DNA from: Octopus bimaculoides | Lineage: Eukaryota | DNA length: 64,000 bases | Direction: 5' to 3' | Assembly (NCBI RefSeq): GCF_001194135.2 | Contig: NC_068981.1 | Location: 22,264,811-22,328,810 of the forward strand | In this document: one piece after another, positions 63,556 to 64,000 of the stretch | Position numbering within the stretch: position 1 is the stretch's first letter | Layout: the number at the start of each line of letters is the position of its first letter | Translations under genes and position numbers: made by a program | The notes under the pieces: generated by a model | The model's input: only the letters and a program-made list of their open reading frames with translations | Told to the model about the DNA's origin: nothing | Database searches by the model: none

Positions 63556-63595
63556 GTTTATCTGAAGAAGGACTAATGTCCAAAATGCCCGTACT
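63556..63595 (+). ncRNA. Decayed hammerhead-like motif
   Basis: CTGAAGA-A-GGAC(taat)GTCC-AAAA-TG-CC; differs from GTCC-GAAA-CG by two CpG-type transitions. Confidence 0.35.
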
Positions 63596-63702
63596 CTTTG
63601 TCTCTCCTCTAAAACGTTAATACTGAATTTGTTACACTTAGTCCCTCCTGTGTTGTCCTTTTATTGTTCATTGCATTTACATTATATATATATATATTAA
63701 AT

Positions 63703-64000
63703 TCGACGACTGGCATCCGTGCCAACGTCGTCTCCTTTTTTGGACACGAAACTCAGCTTGCGAAGACTTATTGGGGCAAGCGAATAGTGAAATCTGGATA
63801 GCACCTGTGCCCAGCGTCGCCTTTCTGGCACTTGTGCCCGTGACACGTGTAAGGATTTACGAGCGAGATCGTTGCCAGTGCCCCTGGACTGGCTCTTGTG
63901 CGGGTGGCACATAAAATACACCATTTTGAGCATGGCCGTTGCCAGTACCGCCTGACTGGCCTTTGTGCGGGTGACACGTAAAAGCACTCACTACACTCTC
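63703..64000 (+). mobile_element. Retroposon family C, 5' part, runs off the window
   Basis: Internal cgttgccagt..actggc..gggtg(g/a)cac(a/g)taaaa units homologous to 2067-2267 and 3735-4030. Confidence 0.8.

Noticed and set aside
63703-63735. Possible HDV-like ribozyme at the family C 5' end (gacgac..ggca-tccg-tgcc..gtcgtc)
   Set aside because: Forms a simple hairpin with no room for P2/P1.1 pseudoknot elements.

Overview
AT-rich, microsatellite-dense animal DNA with nine N-gaps. The SINE repertoire and repeat style point to an octopus, probably an Octopus scaffold (inference, not database-checked). The only convincing host coding sequence is the first coding exon of a PP2C phosphatase, PPM1D/Wip1 (minus strand, 17552-17867, phase-1 GT donor). 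I could not find its later exons within the window. The rest is interspersed repeats: at least five SINE-like retroposon families (several with clear target-site duplications), decayed RTE and CR1/L2-group LINEs, decayed hAT, Chapaev-like and Tc1/mariner transposases, MITEs and foldbacks, and Helitron-like fragments. No ORF track shows the most interesting signal: a set of minimal type I hammerhead-ribozyme (HHR) motifs of the Penelope-associated kind. One sits inside a tRNA-headed SINE with a TSD-like flank (40.8-41.1 kb). Two sit inside foldbacks in which an inverted copy of the ribozyme's own 3' half lies upstream (21.6 kb and 44.2 kb). Several variant or decayed copies also occur (21.4, 22.05, 39.4 and 63.55 kb). 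All folds were done by eye and no activity is demonstrated.
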